Virus record (IMG/VR): IMGVR_UViG_2616644925_000001
Location: 28,537-92,536 of that record
Direction: 5' to 3' (one strand)
Origin: a virus
Taxonomy: Duplodnaviria > Caudoviricetes
Length of the DNA: 64,000 nucleotides
Under the pieces are notes generated by a model. The model did not search any database and was not told the DNA's origin. It worked only from the letters and a program-made list of their open reading frames with translations. The position numbers were made by a program, and so were the translations under genes. Below are positions 9,211 through 19,186 of this stretch, piece after piece; within the stretch, counting starts at the first letter, position 1; every line of letters begins with the position of its first letter.

Positions 9211-9891
9211 ATGAATATCTCTCCAATGACTGCCACCACTGCGCTCCAGCACATGTCTTACACCCTGACCGGCGCAATCAAGCAGAGCCAGCAGCCTGGC
9301 TTTATCGCGGCAGAAGCCTACGCGGATATCAAAAATAATTACGAGCTGGTGGCTACCAACTGCACAGACCTGGCGACCGTTGTCTGGCTGCGTAATCACC
9401 TCTGCTTTGGCTACAGTGGCGATGAGCACACTTTTGAAGAGATCAACCTGGGCTACCGCGATCACATCGACTTCATCCTCAAATCAGGCTGGCGTCCGGG
9501 TACTGCACCGGCGCACAGAATGACGCTCAGCAATATGTTTGAGCTGGACTGGTGGGACCCTCAGCAGATCGTAGTGACTTCACACACTGCGGATACCGTC
9601 ACCGGTACGGCCACCATGACAGACACGGAAGGCGAATATCAGTTCGCGTTTGAGTGGACCATGATCATGTGTGAAAAGGCCGAGGAGTATAACCTGCCGT
9701 TTATGGTGTACATCACGGCAGCACGGTTTAACCTGCCGTATGAGTTCTCTCTGTTTGAATATGACGGAAGCCCGCTTGATGCCCTGACGGCGTTACAGGA
9801 AATGGATTGCGCGCAGGGATTCTGTAATGAGTATTTCACCGACATCTATCAACAATATACCCCTGCAGAGGGAGAAATTAACCGAGGCTAA
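9211..9891 (+). CDS. Hypothetical acidic protein (226 aa)
   Basis: ORF with AGGA RBS after the promoter. Confidence 0.7.
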   Translation: MNISPMTATTALQHMSYTLTGAIKQSQQPGFIAAEAYADIKNNYELVATNCTDLATVVWLRNHLCFGYSGDEHTFEEINLGYRDHIDFILKSGWRPGTAPAHRMTLSNMFELDWWDPQQIVVTSHTADTVTGTATMTDTEGEYQFAFEWTMIMCEKAEEYNLPFMVYITAARFNLPYEFSLFEYDGSPLDALTALQEMDCAQGFCNEYFTDIYQQYTPAEGEINRG

Positions 9892-9893
9892 TC

Positions 9894-10118
9894 ATGACCG
9901 AAAAAGCACGTAATCCACGGGCTTCAAATGCACTTAAAGGAGCCGTTCCCGCGACGGCTCAGATTCAGATGCGCGTCATCCAGGAAGTTAAAAACCGGTA
10001 CGTTGCGCAGGCGCAGCGGGAAGGGATGAAACTCTCAGAGTGGATACAGCATCACCTTAACGACGTGTGCCAGCTGGCGGACGCCGCAAAGCAACAGGAT
10101 AAGAACACCAGTGATTAA
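9894..10118 (+). CDS. Ribbon-helix-helix-like DNA-binding protein
   Basis: QIQMRV...K..YV.QA.REGMKLSEWI...L. Confidence 0.6.
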   Translation: MTEKARNPRASNALKGAVPATAQIQMRVIQEVKNRYVAQAQREGMKLSEWIQHHLNDVCQLADAAKQQDKNTSD

Positions 10119-10419
10119 ACAGGAAATCAGGGCGCTGTTTCTGGCACACGGCTTCATAATGGAGCAGCAGCCTGATGGCAGTACCGATTTAAACCCTGCC
10201 TGCTACAGCGTCGCTCAGGCGCTTGCAGAGCGGTTTAGCGACATCTATGGTCAACCGGCAGGGAATGTTGAGATTGCCGCTGGTGGTGGCGCAGAGGCAC
10301 GCACAATGGCGCTGTTTCACGACAAAGCAGCCAGCATCGAGTTTCCGACGTTCATCATGCGCCAGCCGTCGCAAAAGCCCGCGCTGGCCACTAGAAAACA
10401 TCCGGCGTCCGGGCGTTAA
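10111..10419 (+). CDS. Hypothetical phage protein
   Basis: IRALFLAHGF..QPDG..DL.P; coupled ORF. Confidence 0.6.
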   Translation: MIKQEIRALFLAHGFIMEQQPDGSTDLNPACYSVAQALAERFSDIYGQPAGNVEIAAGGGAEARTMALFHDKAASIEFPTFIMRQPSQKPALATRKHPASGR

Positions 10420-10781
10420 TGGACGACCGGCTAAGTAAGTTCGGCTGGCTCTCTTTTGAGGGCTGGCCGGACAGTGAAGTTCACGACTATCTCACCACGA
10501 AATGCGGCATCATCCACGCCCGCAAGTTACCGGACGGCAGCTGGACCGGGCTTCTGCGCCTTCTGTATACGCTCAGCGTCTGCATGGGGATCACGCCAAC
10601 GGATGTGTACCAGTATCGCTGGTGTTTCGAAGACCCGGAAGAGGCGGTGTATCTGTGCAAAAACGCCGTGGAAGTAGACGAGATACCGGAGCGCCGGGAG
10701 TCGCTGGTGGGCCACCGGCACACAACCGGGATCCCGCTCTATGTTGAGTTCGACCTGCTGGGCCTGCCAAAGTGGCGTTAA
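10419..10781 (+). CDS. Hypothetical phage protein
   Basis: 120-aa coupled ORF. Confidence 0.6.
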   Translation: MDDRLSKFGWLSFEGWPDSEVHDYLTTKCGIIHARKLPDGSWTGLLRLLYTLSVCMGITPTDVYQYRWCFEDPEEAVYLCKNAVEVDEIPERRESLVGHRHTTGIPLYVEFDLLGLPKWR

Positions 10782-10856
10782 CACTTCTTACTGACTGACC
10801 ACCAGCTATCCGGCTGGTGGCCGGTTATCATTTCAAGCAATTCAGAACGGCAGAAA

Positions 10857-11288
10857 ATGGAAATCAGGATTAAATGCCCGCACTGCGGTTCGGGAAGCGT
10901 CAAGAGCAGCAGGGCGGTCTATGAGCAGGGAACATCAAACACGCGCAGCGTCAGCCACACGGGATGGATATCAAATCGGGGATCGGGCGGCAGCAGGCGA
11001 CAGGGCAAATCAACGCGTCAGTCAGTTGCTGCTTCGCGCAATGCGCCAGCAGGCCGAAAACTGGATGTGCTTATTTTTGTCGCCTCGTTCCTCCTGTCTG
11101 CCTGGCTGATACTCGACATACCGGCGACCACAGTACTGGGTTCGGTAATTGCCGGAGCAATCATCGCATCGCTGATAACCGCGCTGGTGGCGTACCTCAA
11201 CCGGCACAACCGGCGCAGGGCGCGTGAGAACTACAATAGACAGTGGTATTGCAGCAAATGCGGTGACACGTTTTTACGTGACGGTTAA
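10857..11288 (+). CDS. Membrane protein with Zn-ribbon termini
   Basis: CPHCGS at N-terminus, two hydrophobic helices, WYCSKCG at C-terminus. Confidence 0.7.
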   Translation: MEIRIKCPHCGSGSVKSSRAVYEQGTSNTRSVSHTGWISNRGSGGSRRQGKSTRQSVAASRNAPAGRKLDVLIFVASFLLSAWLILDIPATTVLGSVIAGAIIASLITALVAYLNRHNRRRARENYNRQWYCSKCGDTFLRDG

Positions 11289-11449
11289 ACACAGTAGCTA
11301 TTCGGATAATCTGGCAAGCTGGCTTATCAAGCCTTGCAAAGTCAGCTTTGCAAAATACAATTAAATCATATAGATATGGTTATTTTTCGTAGTCAATGGC
11401 TCCCAAGCCTTGTAAGGTATCCGTACATGTTTAATACAATGGGTCTGTT

Positions 11450-12109
11450 ATGAATCATCAGCCAAACCACCGCGACCGCCAGCTAATTATTGACCTTGAA
11501 GAGATTCAAAAAGGCTTATCAGGGGAGGGAGTTCAGGTATCCAAAATTATCGATCACCCTCACATTGAGCAGTATGCTTTTCAGGAAAGGGGTACAAACC
11601 TGGCATTCGCAAATGTGATCTGCTCTCTCAACCAAGTTACGGTTGCGCTGCATGATGCAGGTAAAGGCTATATTTTCTTTACACCAACCGAACATCCATT
11701 AGCGGCAATGGTAAAAGGAGCACCGATTGCTCCTGAAGTTTGGGAAGAAAATATGCTTTCGCACTCAAACAATGGGCCAGTCCAGGAAGGCTACTATTGG
11801 GACTGGATAAACTACTCAGTCGCTTTGACTGAACTCAGAGAAAAGTGGCACGCCAACAGAAATAAATTTGCAGATCAGATCACCCGAAACGCCCTGAAGT
11901 CTGCAATTCTTCAGGCAGACAAAATATTGGGCGTAGTAGCCTCACTGCCTGACGTAATCAGCCTCACAAATGCCTGGGAAGATAAATGGCATCCACTGCC
12001 GGAAGATGTGCCTGTAGACGATTACCTGTTATGGGATAAAGATTATCTACGCGCACTGGCAATGATTTATCAACTTGCCAGTACCAGGGCCACCAGCCCG
12101 CAGGAATAA
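11450..12109 (+). CDS. Hypothetical protein (219 aa)
   Basis: Long ORF; no family recognised. Confidence 0.65.
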   Translation: MNHQPNHRDRQLIIDLEEIQKGLSGEGVQVSKIIDHPHIEQYAFQERGTNLAFANVICSLNQVTVALHDAGKGYIFFTPTEHPLAAMVKGAPIAPEVWEENMLSHSNNGPVQEGYYWDWINYSVALTELREKWHANRNKFADQITRNALKSAILQADKILGVVASLPDVISLTNAWEDKWHPLPEDVPVDDYLLWDKDYLRALAMIYQLASTRATSPQE

Positions 12110-12222
12110 CAGATCCGCTTAAAGCAGGCGTTCCCCGCGCTTGCCTGGCGGTTGCCCTCAGCCGCCAGCATCCCTAGAATGCGCCCTTCTTTACGCTAAA
12201 CAGACGATTTCTAAACGGACTT

Positions 12223-13293
12223 ATGACACAACAACTCAAATCTATTCAGGCGCTGCGCGGGCTTGCCTGCCTCGCCGTCGTTACCTTTCATTTCCGCTAC
12301 CAGATACAGGAGCAGTACCCGGCATTAACCAAACTGCTTTCAACCGGCGTTGTTGGTGTGGATCTGTTTTTCATCCTCAGTGGCTTTGTTATTACACTCT
12401 CTGTATCGCGCATGGGTACCGGATTTGCTGCAGCAGGCGACTTCCTGAAGCGCCGTGCGCTGCGCCTGCTGCCCGCCTACTTCATTCTGCTGCTGATCAA
12501 CTTTTTCTTAAGCGGAGGAATGGCGACATTTCACTATGCTGATAAGACGCAGGCGGTGATTAGCGCGGCGACGCTATCTGTTTACCTGCCGCAGCACGCG
12601 CCATTTTACGTGGACGACAGCGGGTTTATGGGCGTGCGCTGGACGCTCAACTATGAGTTTTTGTTTTACCTGATGATGGCTGTCTGCTTGCTGGTGCGCG
12701 CGCGCTGGGTGGCGCTGGCCGCAATGCTGGGCGCGGTGCTGGTGGCCGTACCGATGGCAGCAGGCCACCAGCCGACGCTGCTGGTGGAAGGTTATGACAT
12801 GGGCTACGCCTACCTTAACCTGATGACGAACCCGATTATCTGGCAGTTCGCTGCAGGCGTTCTGATTGGTCTGGTTTACCCGCACATGGCGCGCCTGCCT
12901 GTTGCCATGCGGGTGCCGTTCCTGCTGGCTGCAATTGCCCTGTTTGTACAGCACATTATCAGCTACCAGCATATAGGGCATGGCATGATGGCATCCGGCA
13001 CCGTGCTGGCACTGCTGCTGGCCGCTGTGGCGTTCAACGACAGCTGGTTAGGGCGCATCACGCCGCGCTGGCTAGTGTTCCTGGGGGATATTTCTTTCTC
13101 TGTATACCTGATCCACATTGTGACCAAAGCCCGGTTAGCAAAGGCGTTCACGGATCAGGGTATGACGTTCTTCGTGTGTAACGTCCTGCTGGCGCTGCTG
13201 CTGGGCTGGCTCAGCTACCGTTACATTGAGCCAATCGGGCAGAAGATCGTGCGCCGCCGCAAAGCTGACATACAGCGTCAAGTTAATAATTAA
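12223..13293 (+). CDS. Acyltransferase family 3 (OafA-like membrane O-acyltransferase)
   Basis: IQALRGLA..V..H, GVDLFFILSGF, FLKRRALRLLP, WTL.YE..FY, LGDISFSVYL.H. Confidence 0.9.
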   Translation: MTQQLKSIQALRGLACLAVVTFHFRYQIQEQYPALTKLLSTGVVGVDLFFILSGFVITLSVSRMGTGFAAAGDFLKRRALRLLPAYFILLLINFFLSGGMATFHYADKTQAVISAATLSVYLPQHAPFYVDDSGFMGVRWTLNYEFLFYLMMAVCLLVRARWVALAAMLGAVLVAVPMAAGHQPTLLVEGYDMGYAYLNLMTNPIIWQFAAGVLIGLVYPHMARLPVAMRVPFLLAAIALFVQHIISYQHIGHGMMASGTVLALLLAAVAFNDSWLGRITPRWLVFLGDISFSVYLIHIVTKARLAKAFTDQGMTFFVCNVLLALLLGWLSYRYIEPIGQKIVRRRKADIQRQVNN

Positions 13294-13392
13294 AATTGAA
13301 TCAGCCCGCTACATGCGGGTTTTTTAAACTTGCAATTTTCACATTTAGCATGATTATTAAGGGTTGCTAAAGTTTCGGTATGAGTAAATAAA

Positions 13393-14232
13393 ATGAGAAA
13401 GAAGCATCGTCCGCATGGTAACTCGCTTACTACATTAGAGTCTGATGTATTAAAGCTAAGGGCACTGGAAATGATACTGGTTTTATTTTACATGGAGGAT
13501 TTAAGAAACAGTATTATTGACTCGCTTAGAGCATCAGACACTATTGATGATGAAGTAAAAACAAAAAAGAAGTGCGATAGAAAAATAGATAAATTTAAAG
13601 CGGCAAGGTTAAGGCTTGAGTCAGAAGGGGTTATATCAAAGAAAGAAAGTCAAGAAATTAAAGAATTGATTGACTTTAGGAATACCATTGGGCATAGGAT
13701 TTATGAGATTACAGCTGATATAGGCCCGTACTCCAATCTATCTTTGTATGTTGGAAAACAAACTAGAGAATCGACCATATATAAGTATGATGCAGTATCT
13801 TTCGCACGTAATTTAAGGGAAAAAGTTCTGCACAGCATGGGCTTAAAAGGTTACATTCTGTCACTAGGCCTTGCATCGATAGCATTCTATTCAGCAGAAA
13901 AGGTTTATATAAAAGAAATAAAATCCCTAAGAAAAAAAATATACAAAAAGGGGGCGAATCATGAGAGGAAAATTGCAGATCTTAATGAAGAGCTTAAGCG
14001 ACTGCCGCAGGAAGTTGTTAATTTTGTGGAGCCAGGCCATCCTAATAATTTCTTAGCGAACGGAAATCTAAGCAAGAAAGGAATTGAAGGGATATATAGG
14101 CTTTTTGACAATAAGCTTACGCCTTTAGCCACTGCTCATTTACTTAGAATATCCTATCGTGCAGCCTCAAGATGGTATAAGCGATGGAGTTCAGACGAAG
14201 GTAGAAGTGCTGGAGTTAGCCTTGAAATATAA
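13393..14232 (+). CDS. Low-GC protein with HEPN-like RNxxxH motif and C-terminal HTH
   Basis: IDFRNTIGH; LATAHLLRISYRAASRWY. Confidence 0.6.
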   Translation: MRKKHRPHGNSLTTLESDVLKLRALEMILVLFYMEDLRNSIIDSLRASDTIDDEVKTKKKCDRKIDKFKAARLRLESEGVISKKESQEIKELIDFRNTIGHRIYEITADIGPYSNLSLYVGKQTRESTIYKYDAVSFARNLREKVLHSMGLKGYILSLGLASIAFYSAEKVYIKEIKSLRKKIYKKGANHERKIADLNEELKRLPQEVVNFVEPGHPNNFLANGNLSKKGIEGIYRLFDNKLTPLATAHLLRISYRAASRWYKRWSSDEGRSAGVSLEI

Positions 14233-14329
14233 AAAAGCCAGCGCAAGGCTGGTAAATCGTATTACAGGGAAGTCTATCTAATATGCAGTCAGTTTCATGA
14301 CTACCTGCTGATACCGGCTTACAGGGCTG

Positions 14330-14779
14330 GTGTTAAACGACACCGTTACAGAGGCCACCAGCATGACGATCCCAGCCCACTCACACACCCTTTCTAACGA
14401 TGCGGCCGCATCGCCTGAAACATTCAACGCCGGCGAATTAACCCTGAACGCCGGCGCAGCATTTTCTCTGCCCATCGCCCCGGCGCCGCTAGTGGTAACT
14501 TTCTGCGCAATAGACGGTACCAGAGCGCAGCTTATAGTGAATCAGGGTAGGGTGACGTTTGAGGGTGATCCCGATGCGGCAGCCGAAATGTTTATCGAGG
14601 CGATGAAGCAAAAGCACACGGAGCAATGGGTCGCGCAGCAGGCGCAGCTGGAGGAAGCAGAAGCCCGCCTGGCGACGTACTCACACCATAACGGCCTGAT
14701 GATGCTGTCACAGCGGCTGGTGGACGCAGAGAATGAGAGAGACTCACTGCGAGAAGACATTAACCAGCGCCGGACATAA
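14330..14779 (+). CDS. Hypothetical phage protein
   Basis: G.VTFEGD.D.AA..F plus a coiled-coil tail; start uncertain. Confidence 0.55.
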   Translation: MLNDTVTEATSMTIPAHSHTLSNDAAASPETFNAGELTLNAGAAFSLPIAPAPLVVTFCAIDGTRAQLIVNQGRVTFEGDPDAAAEMFIEAMKQKHTEQWVAQQAQLEEAEARLATYSHHNGLMMLSQRLVDAENERDSLREDINQRRT

Positions 14780-15107
14780 GTTAACCGGCATGCGGACGGG
14801 GCGTAACGTTCACTATAGTTAGTAAGCTCACTTTCCGCATTTGTTTAGGGGCGGACAAAAAAACTAAACTTTGATTTTGTAAGGTGTTGTTATTATTAGA
14901 TAATTTAACAATAAGTTTAATTGCAAATCACAATGTAACTTAAGTGAATGTTTTATATGTATTTTTTATGTTGATGAATAAACAGTATTGAATGGTATTG
15001 ATTAAAGGAAAAAAAAGGCTTACTGTCAGATCTACCAGTTGGTCTTCCGCCAAAGAAGTGAACCAACAGGTAAACGCATCCAATAAACCTTATCGGGAGA
15101 TAGTATC

Positions 15108-15353
15108 ATGGGTTCAAAAATTGATGAACATGATCACCGCATAAAAGAGTTAGAACGTAAAGTAAAGGGAATGCAGCGCCAGATAGAACTGGGAAAAGCG
15201 CAGCATGAACAAGTAACGAAATCTCATGACAGGAAGATACGTGACTTGGAAATCCGCTCAGCAGTCCAGTCTGGTCTTCCTCAGAGAAAAGTTGCTGAAA
15301 TTTACGACCTTTCAACCGGGCGAGTTAGCCAAATCGTTCGCCGGACCGGTTAA
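15108..15353 (+). CDS. Small coiled-coil + HTH protein
   Basis: GLPQRKVAEIYDLSTGRVSQIV; GGAG RBS. Confidence 0.7.
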   Translation: MGSKIDEHDHRIKELERKVKGMQRQIELGKAQHEQVTKSHDRKIRDLEIRSAVQSGLPQRKVAEIYDLSTGRVSQIVRRTG

Positions 15354-15414
15354 AAGCCGCCCAAAAGCCGCCTTCTGAGGCGGCTTTTTTAATATCTATT
15401 TTCCGATTATTTCC

Positions 15415-16677
15415 TTACTTTATTCTTACGATGTCTTCAAGTCGCGTGGTGTATCGAGGTGACAGCATTTCACGCTTCATCTGCCACGCGCTGTCTTGCT
15501 CTCCCTGTCCTGCGAAGAATATCTTCCCCTTCCCGGAGCGATTGATAGCATCCAGCGCGGCCATCAGCGCATCTGCGTTTGCCCGCGGCTGCTGCTCACT
15601 GAACATGTCAAACTGCGCCACACCAGATTGATAAAAATCACCCAGCATTACGCCAGCTTTGGCGTACCGGTAGCCGTCGCGCCAGATGGCACTCAGCCCG
15701 CGTAGCGCAGACTCAATAATGTCCCGTGTGTCGCTGGTGGGGTAGTCGCAAACGCATGAGGCGGTATTCGAATACTGAGGCTCGTTTGCGTGCCTGGCGG
15801 TAGCGATCGACACGCTGATATGTCGGCAACGCGAGTTCTGCTCTCTCAGCTTTTCTCCGGCACGGGTGGCATAGAGTGTGACGGCCTGCTTCATGTCCTC
15901 CAGCTCAGTGATCTTCTCACCAAATGAGCGTGAGTTGAGGATGTTCTGCTTCGGCGGCGGCGCGTCTTCCAGTGCGATACAGGACTCGCCATTGAGCTCG
16001 CGGGTGGTGCGCTCAACGATGACATCAAAGTTTTTCCGAATCATGCTGATGTTGCTGTCCGCCAGCTGCAGAGCCGTGGTGATCCCCAGCTGGTGCATGC
16101 GCTTAGTAATGCGAGGGCCAATACCCCAGATATCGCCGACGTCGGTCAGGTGAAGCAGCTTTCGCTGCCGGGTACGGCTGGACAGGTCTACCACGCCCTG
16201 TGTCTGCGTCCATTTCTTCGCGGCATGGTTTGCCAGCTTGGCCAGCGTCTTCGTTGGGCCGAAGCCTACGCCGATGATCAGGCCGGTTTCTTGCCGGATG
16301 CGCTCACGCATCTGGTGTCCAAACGTCTCAAGTGGGATCAGATTGCTAATGCCGGTGACGTCCAGAAATGACTCGTCGATAGAGTAAACCTCCTGTCCTG
16401 CAGCCATTTCACCCAGTATGGCCATCATGCGCGCCGACATATCGCCGTAAAGCTCATAGTTGGAACTGAACACATGCACACCGTTCTGCCTGAAAAAACG
16501 CTCATTCAGAAACAGCTGCGCCGCCATCTTGATCCCCAGGCGCTTTGCCTCCGCCGAACGTGCGATCACGCAGCCGTCATTGTTCGAAACGACGACAATC
16601 GGTTTACCACGCAGATCGGGCCTGAACACGGTTTCACAGGAGGCATAAAAGTTATTGGCATCGGCCAGCGCAAACAT
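15415..16677 (-). CDS. umuC: Second UmuC-like Y-family polymerase
   Basis: DANNFYASCE, SNNDGC, YSIDE, SRSFG, WQMKREMLSPRYTT. Confidence 0.95.
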   Translation of the reverse strand: MFALADANNFYASCETVFRPDLRGKPIVVVSNNDGCVIARSAEAKRLGIKMAAQLFLNERFFRQNGVHVFSSNYELYGDMSARMMAILGEMAAGQEVYSIDESFLDVTGISNLIPLETFGHQMRERIRQETGLIIGVGFGPTKTLAKLANHAAKKWTQTQGVVDLSSRTRQRKLLHLTDVGDIWGIGPRITKRMHQLGITTALQLADSNISMIRKNFDVIVERTTRELNGESCIALEDAPPPKQNILNSRSFGEKITELEDMKQAVTLYATRAGEKLREQNSRCRHISVSIATARHANEPQYSNTASCVCDYPTSDTRDIIESALRGLSAIWRDGYRYAKAGVMLGDFYQSGVAQFDMFSEQQPRANADALMAALDAINRSGKGKIFFAGQGEQDSAWQMKREMLSPRYTTRLEDIVRIK

Positions 16678-16679
16678 GT

Positions 16680-17057
16680 TTATTCTCCTGCTGGCCCGTT
16701 AAAGCCGATCCCGGCTACATCGGTCAGGGCATAAGCCACTACACCCCACACAGGAAGCGCCTGGCTTACATCGAGCAGCGTTACAGTTTCGTCCGTGTCC
16801 AGCGCCTGAAGGGCGGGAACCGGATTAAGCAGCAACCGCCTTAATGTCAGTTCGCCGTCAAATTCAGCAACGATTAGCTGGCCGTGTACCGGCTTCAGGG
16901 CGCGATCGATGGCCAGCACGGAGCCTTTGACAATTCCGGCGCCGGCGCAGTCAGTTTCGCTTCGCATGAGATAGGTTGAGTAAGGGGAAAGGGATACCAG
17001 ATCGCCCAGATTCAGGCGCGTTTCAGTATAGTTCTGGGCGGGGCTCTGAAAGGCCAT
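16680..17057 (-). CDS. humD: HumD-like (pre-truncated UmuD' homologue)
   Basis: Starts MAFQSPA, the equivalent of the post-cleavage GFPSPA; catalytic Ser/Lys motifs replaced. Confidence 0.75.
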   Translation of the reverse strand: MAFQSPAQNYTETRLNLGDLVSLSPYSTYLMRSETDCAGAGIVKGSVLAIDRALKPVHGQLIVAEFDGELTLRRLLLNPVPALQALDTDETVTLLDVSQALPVWGVVAYALTDVAGIGFNGPAGE

Positions 17058-17250
17058 TGCAATGCTCCATTGTGATCAGCGTGATATAGCTCCTGGTATG
17101 AGTATAAGACGCTACAAGCAGCAATGCTCAGATGTGCAAGTCAATGTTCGCTATGAGAAAGGATGTGCCGGTATTGATCTACTGTCGCTTACTCGTAAAG
17201 CCTCGCCATTCAAATGTAAACTGTACTCCAATCAAATTTTCGGAAAATTT

Positions 17251-17604
17251 ATGAAAACTCCTGCCCTTAAAGAACTACATCACAAGCGCATAGCATTGTT
17301 CTTCGAAAAACTTCGAATCCATCCACCTGTCACAAATCGTCAGGAAGCAGTTTCATTAATAAAACGACTGCTAACAGAGATTGACGACGCTGATGGGCTT
17401 GTTCCGGGTGATTTTACAACACGTCTGAATATTCTTGCCATAAATGCAGATTATGGCTGGAAAAACATCGAGTCTGATCCTTGCTATTGGGATGACAATC
17501 AGACCAAGACGCACCGTATTTATTTATATAACAGCGGTAGAATTGTTATTGAGCGCGTAAAAGAAGGGGAGGAACGTTTGATTCTGGACAAACCAGGAGC
17601 ATAA
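17251..17604 (+). CDS. Hypothetical protein (117 aa)
   Basis: Start moved to MKTPA; followed by a terminator. Confidence 0.6.
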   Translation: MKTPALKELHHKRIALFFEKLRIHPPVTNRQEAVSLIKRLLTEIDDADGLVPGDFTTRLNILAINADYGWKNIESDPCYWDDNQTKTHRIYLYNSGRIVIERVKEGEERLILDKPGA

Positions 17605-17621
17605 ACCCCGATTTGCGTGCA

Positions 17622-17648
17622 TAAAAAAAGCCCCGATTAAGGGGCTTT
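17622..17648. terminator. Intrinsic terminator (U-tract on the minus strand)
   Basis: AAAAAAAGCCCC-GATTAA-GGGGCTTT. Confidence 0.7.
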
Positions 17649-17785
17649 GGAGAGCAAAGGCTAATGGCAACATCAATCAAGCAACATCCGACTGTTAAAT
17701 TACCAAACCCTTAGATTTATACAAGGCTTTTTATTGCCAGTCTGGAGCATCGTTACCTACAAATTCTGGCAGGCACTAACGCCTT

Positions 17786-18580
17786 TTATTCCGCTTTTTG
17801 CGGTTCAGCCGCTGGCGCTGCGGCCACCAGCTCCGGCTCAGGCTGTGGGACGTCGGTTTTCGCCTTTGCCAGCAGGATAGTGCGCTGCAGCTGCGCCTTT
17901 TCGATGGCCTCTTTCACCATATCAGCATCCAGTCCGACAACCGCAAACCTGTCCAAGCCTTCCATGCGGAAAAGGTTCGTTTCAGGGGCCATTTCCTTCA
18001 GGGCTTTCTCATTCTGAACTGTGATGTAGATCAGCTGTGGCTCAGCCTCTGCGCCGTCCGGGATGTACACGTAAGCATGCTGGCCAACGCCCAATGCCTG
18101 GAGGAACAGGACGCACACGGCCAGTGGCAATGAGGTATGTACTACACTGACATGCTGCAGCCTGCCGGTAAGGACGCCGTGCAGCTGCGCATTATGTGGC
18201 ATGTACGGGCTGACCGTCTCCACGCGCCACGCGCCGGTAAGCGAACCTTCCACAAACGCCTCGCCGGTGACGTTCATCGACATCTGACGCATGAGCAGTT
18301 GCGCAAAGCTCTTATCCATCGTCGGAGCCAGAGGCAGCGCGCCGGTCTTCTCATTGATGGCGTCTACCGCTTCCTGTCGTTTAGCGGGATCCTCCGGCAA
18401 TTCCTGGCTGTGCAGCAGCCAGTAGCGCTCATTTTTGTTAGCCCACACAGTGACGCCTTCTACTTCCTGTGGCTCAAAGCCCAGCGCGGCCACCAGCGCA
18501 ATCTCAAGATTTTCCGGGGCGATTTCGTTCTTCTCATTGACCTCAATGGCCGTGGTCTTGCTGATAATGTATTTAGTCAT
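17786..18580 (-). CDS. Hypothetical phage protein (NinX/ABA-sandwich-like motif)
   Basis: LVAALGF...PTMD..FA..LM...W...LPLAVC..FL.A. Confidence 0.6.
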   Translation of the reverse strand: MTKYIISKTTAIEVNEKNEIAPENLEIALVAALGFEPQEVEGVTVWANKNERYWLLHSQELPEDPAKRQEAVDAINEKTGALPLAPTMDKSFAQLLMRQMSMNVTGEAFVEGSLTGAWRVETVSPYMPHNAQLHGVLTGRLQHVSVVHTSLPLAVCVLFLQALGVGQHAYVYIPDGAEAEPQLIYITVQNEKALKEMAPETNLFRMEGLDRFAVVGLDADMVKEAIEKAQLQRTILLAKAKTDVPQPEPELVAAAPAAEPQKAE

Positions 18581-18589
18581 AATCGTGCC

Positions 18590-19186
18590 TTATTTGCTGG
18601 TGGTCTTAGTGCTGGCGCTGGTACTGGTGGCGGTTTCATTCACCGCTGACTCTTCAACCTGTGCGGGCTCCTGCGAGTCGGCCGCGGTCGTGCTGGTATT
18701 GTCTTCGACAGGCGTCGGGTTGGTCTGTACCGGCGTAGTAGACCCAAAGCCGCCATCGCCACGGGCGGTTTCTGACAGCTGATCGACTTCTTTCCAGGTG
18801 ACTGACTCAACTTTCTCGATCGTTGCCTGCGCGATGACCATGCCAGCCTTCGGCTCGATGAACTGACCGCCTTCATCGGCAATCATGCGCAGTTTGATCT
18901 CGCCACGGTAATCGCTGTCGATGATGGCCACGTTGTTCGCCAGGCGCAGGAAGTTGTTCACAGCCAGCCCGGAGCGAGGATAAATCTTCATGCAGTAGCC
19001 AGGTTGGATCTCCACGGCCAGTCCGGTCGTGACCCACCACGCACGCGGCTGACGGGTTGCGCCCTGAGTCAGTACGACGTTATTTTTCACGTCCAGCGCG
19101 GTGATATCCCACGCTGCAGCGCCGTCCGAACCACGGAACGGCAGTTTGGCGTCTGGTGTGAGACGTTTGATCTTAATTTGAGGCAT
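18590..19186 (-). CDS. dut: Trimeric dUTPase
   Basis: AAAWD, PRSGLA, IIDSDYRGEI, AQ and RGDGGFGST motifs; low-complexity tail. Confidence 0.9.
   Translation of the reverse strand: MPQIKIKRLTPDAKLPFRGSDGAAAWDITALDVKNNVVLTQGATRQPRAWWVTTGLAVEIQPGYCMKIYPRSGLAVNNFLRLANNVAIIDSDYRGEIKLRMIADEGGQFIEPKAGMVIAQATIEKVESVTWKEVDQLSETARGDGGFGSTTPVQTNPTPVEDNTSTTAADSQEPAQVEESAVNETATSTSASTKTTSK

Noticed and set aside
17062-17250. N-terminal extension of the 180-aa ORF
   Set aside because: Overlaps the divergent humD promoter region; ATG at 17251 is more plausible
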